Positions 61,210-64,000 of a stretch of 64,000 nucleotides of DNA are shown here, in pieces. The DNA lies in assembly GCA_964016885.1 (NCBI GenBank), contig OZ024742.1, positions 217,496,001-217,560,000 on the forward strand, in the 5' to 3' direction. The position numbers and the translations under genes are program-made. Every line of letters begins with the position of its first letter. Position 1 is the first letter of the stretch. The notes under the pieces are model-generated. The model was not told the origin of the DNA and ran no database searches. It was given only the letters and a program-made list of their open reading frames with translations. Source of the stretch: Eledone cirrhosa (taxonomy: Eukaryota).

Positions 61210-61284
61210 ATCTAACCTATGCAAGCATGGAAAATAGACATAAATAGAGATGATTATATATATATATACATATGTGTGTGTGTG

Positions 61285-63950
61285 TATATCATTATCATTA
61301 TTTTATGCCTGCTTTTCCATACTTATATGGGTTGGGTAGCTCTTTTTCAGCACAGCATCCTTCCAGTCATTGCATTCCTTCGTCATCTCTGCCCAAGTCT
61401 TCCTTGGCCTTTCTTTACTATGGTTTCCTTCCACTGAGATTTCTTGACACTTCATCCAACCACCATCATCCATATGTGTCATATGTCCATACCAGCACAG
61501 TCTTTTCTCTTGCACACTACATCTGCTTCCTCTTATACCTAGTTTTTCTCTCAGTTCATTCATACTTTGTCATTCATGCACATTAACAGCACACATCCAT
61601 TATTACATTTCTCTCCAGCCTTCACATATTCCCTGCCCATATTTCACTACTATGCAGCATCTCACACCGTGAAATCATCATACAACCAGCCTTTCATTCG
61701 TAGGGAGAAAGCTTTTGTTGTCAGCAGTGGTAATAGCTCCCTAAACTTCTTCCATTTTCTCCTTATTCTATCTACTTTACCCTTAGAGTACCCTCTTCCA
61801 CTGTTAATTAAATCACCTAGGTAGCAGATGCTATCAACTAATTCTATGGATACTTCCTGGGATTGGAAAAGGTTTATATCGCTGACGCCCTTACTACCAA
61901 TTATCCCTGAGCATCCCAATACACCCATCCAAGGTTTGCATTATGTACACCATATAGAGTTTCTGCCTACTCCTTACATATCAAGTAGTGCCAATTCCCT
62001 GATGAGATCAAAGTCCTTTCTTCTTTCCTAGTTACTAACACTTTGGTTTTTTCTAAGTTTAAGTTTACTCTCAGTCATCTTGATTCTAAGTTGTGTTTCC
62101 ACAGCTGGAATTTATTCTCTAGTTCTTCCACGTATTCAGCTATAAGAACCAAATCATCAGCATACAGATGTTCCCATAGACAGCTAGTCTTAAACTCCTC
62201 TGCTTTGGCCTGAATAACTATAAGAAATAGAAGTTGGCTGCAGACTGAGCTTTCATGCACTCTTACCTGTACCTTGAATTCCTCACTAAACTCACTTCCT
62301 GCTCTCACTTTACCTACAACTCCTCTGTACATGGCTTGCACTGCTCTCACAAACCATCATTCTTCACCTAGTTTCTTTAAGAACCACCAGATGAGAGTTT
62401 GCAGTACTTTGTCAAAGGTCTTCAGTAGATCATCAAAAGCTAGATTTAGATGGTTGCACGTATCTAGGGACTTCTCTTGTAGTTGTCTTGCTAAGAAGGC
62501 ATCTGTTGTACTCCTCCTTGGCACAAACCTAAACTGCATCTCATCTAATTTGATTCTTCCCCTACTTTGTTGTGCTAGTACTCTTGCTGTCACTTTCATA
62601 ACTTGGACAATTAATTTTATTCCTCTGTAGTTGCTCCTTTCTAGAGCATTACCTTTTCCATTGTAGCAATTAAGAGTATACTGCTTTGCCAGGCATTGGG
62701 TATGACTCTATCCTGTATTATCTGATTGACTATGAGTGTGACGACTTTTCCCAATACTTTTAGCATCTCATTGACTATCTGACAGTCCTATGGCTTTACC
62801 CTTTTTCATCTCCTTGATTGCTTCTTTGGCCTTATAACTAAATTTTGGCAGCTGGTGGGGCAGTTGTTGGTTGTCTCTTCCATTCATTCATCAGCCTTTT
62901 TCTTTTGAACCTCAATGATGCTATGTGCAGTAGTGTCATTTCACACACTTTTCTCCATAGACATCCTGATTCACACTGTAATGCAGATTACCTCATTTGG
63001 TCTCTGCTGCCCCCATTTTTCCAGTCTTACCACACATATCTCTTGGCTCTAACAGCTCTATCCATTGTGCTGTTCCACTACCAGATCACCCACTATCTAG
63101 CTGGTGGTTTGCTCCAGTCACAAGTCTCATCAGTAGTTTGTAGTAGGTTGTCAGAAGGAACTTCCAATTGTCCTATATCATATGTGTCTTCCCTTTCATG
63201 TAGATCTTTCAACCTATATTCAACAGAAAGGTCTTTCAAATTCCAAACTCTCCTACTCCAGATATTTTGGTGTTTCTTGTTCAAGGAAGGTCTTAACACT
63301 TATAACCATCTTTCTATCTTTCTAACAAGTAAGAAGTCAATCTGGCTTGTGTGTTTGCCTGATTGGTAGGTGATCAGGTGGCTGGCCGGTTTCCTGAAGT
63401 TAGTGTTGCAATTGTTTAGTTTAATTGCATTACAGAATTTTAGGAACATCACTTCCTCTTAAAAGCGGTAGCCACTGTGTACTCTGCTGTAGCTATCTTG
63501 GAACTACCCCACATGTCCATTGAAGTCACTAGCTGGGATGATGAGGTCTCTGTCATCTATAACTGAGGTTGTTTGTAAGAGTTTCTCATAAAAACAGTCC
63601 TTTTTGACTTTACTCAGTCTTGCTTGTGGTGCATAGGTAGAAATAATAGTTGTCATTCTATTACCTATTACTATTCTGAGCTTGATAATTCTGACACTAG
63701 AACTATCTCAGTTACCTTATCTATCCACTTCTCAGCTAGTAGAATGTCTACCCAACCTACCCAGAAAATCTTGTATAAATGCTGTTGGCTTGTGAGTAAT
63801 TTTCCTGTGACACCCCTGCATCTCACACCTTGAACACAGCATATATCCACTCAGATCTCAAGCAACTCCACAATACCTCCAGATCTAGATTTCCATGTGC
63901 CCACATTGAGATTTGCAGCTCTGAAATGTGTTATCTGACAGTGGTAATTA
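61285..63950 (-). mobile_element. Near full-length but heavily decayed RTE LINE (APE + RT + 3' end)
   Basis: ORF remnants 61303-61563, 61662-61928, 62075-62350, 62357-62599 and 63093-63299; APE motifs (LNVG, DFNGHVG) at 63500-63920. Confidence 0.85.
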
Positions 63951-64000
63951 GGTTCTTTTGTAGTAGTACTTTGAATCCTGAGGGTGTGCAATTGCTTGAT

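Overview
AT-rich, repeat-dense animal genomic DNA. The repeat content (RTE LINEs with (GAT)n tails, tRNA-derived SINEs, long (TA)n runs) suggests an octopus or other coleoid cephalopod, but this is inference. One host gene can be assembled by hand on the + strand: a 144-aa MCRIP/FAM195-family gene (CDS 11653-57544, about 30-kb intron 2). It carries two homologous 54-nt exons (44424-44477 and 49084-49137) that look like a mutually exclusive pair. The rest is mobile-element debris: many RTE-clade LINE copies with a PHD finger inside the RT region, partner SINEs, a CRE-like RLE retroelement, CR1-like LINEs, maT and mariner derivatives, Chapaev3, Helitron and hAT elements, and a Penelope-like remnant with a minimal hammerhead ribozyme. 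There is also an apparently exact 1675-bp tandem duplication. Most ORFs in the supplied track are LINE fragments, antisense shadows or microsatellite artefacts. Exon, TIR and TSD coordinates were read base by base. Boundaries of decayed repeats are approximate, and family names come from motif recognition, not database searches.
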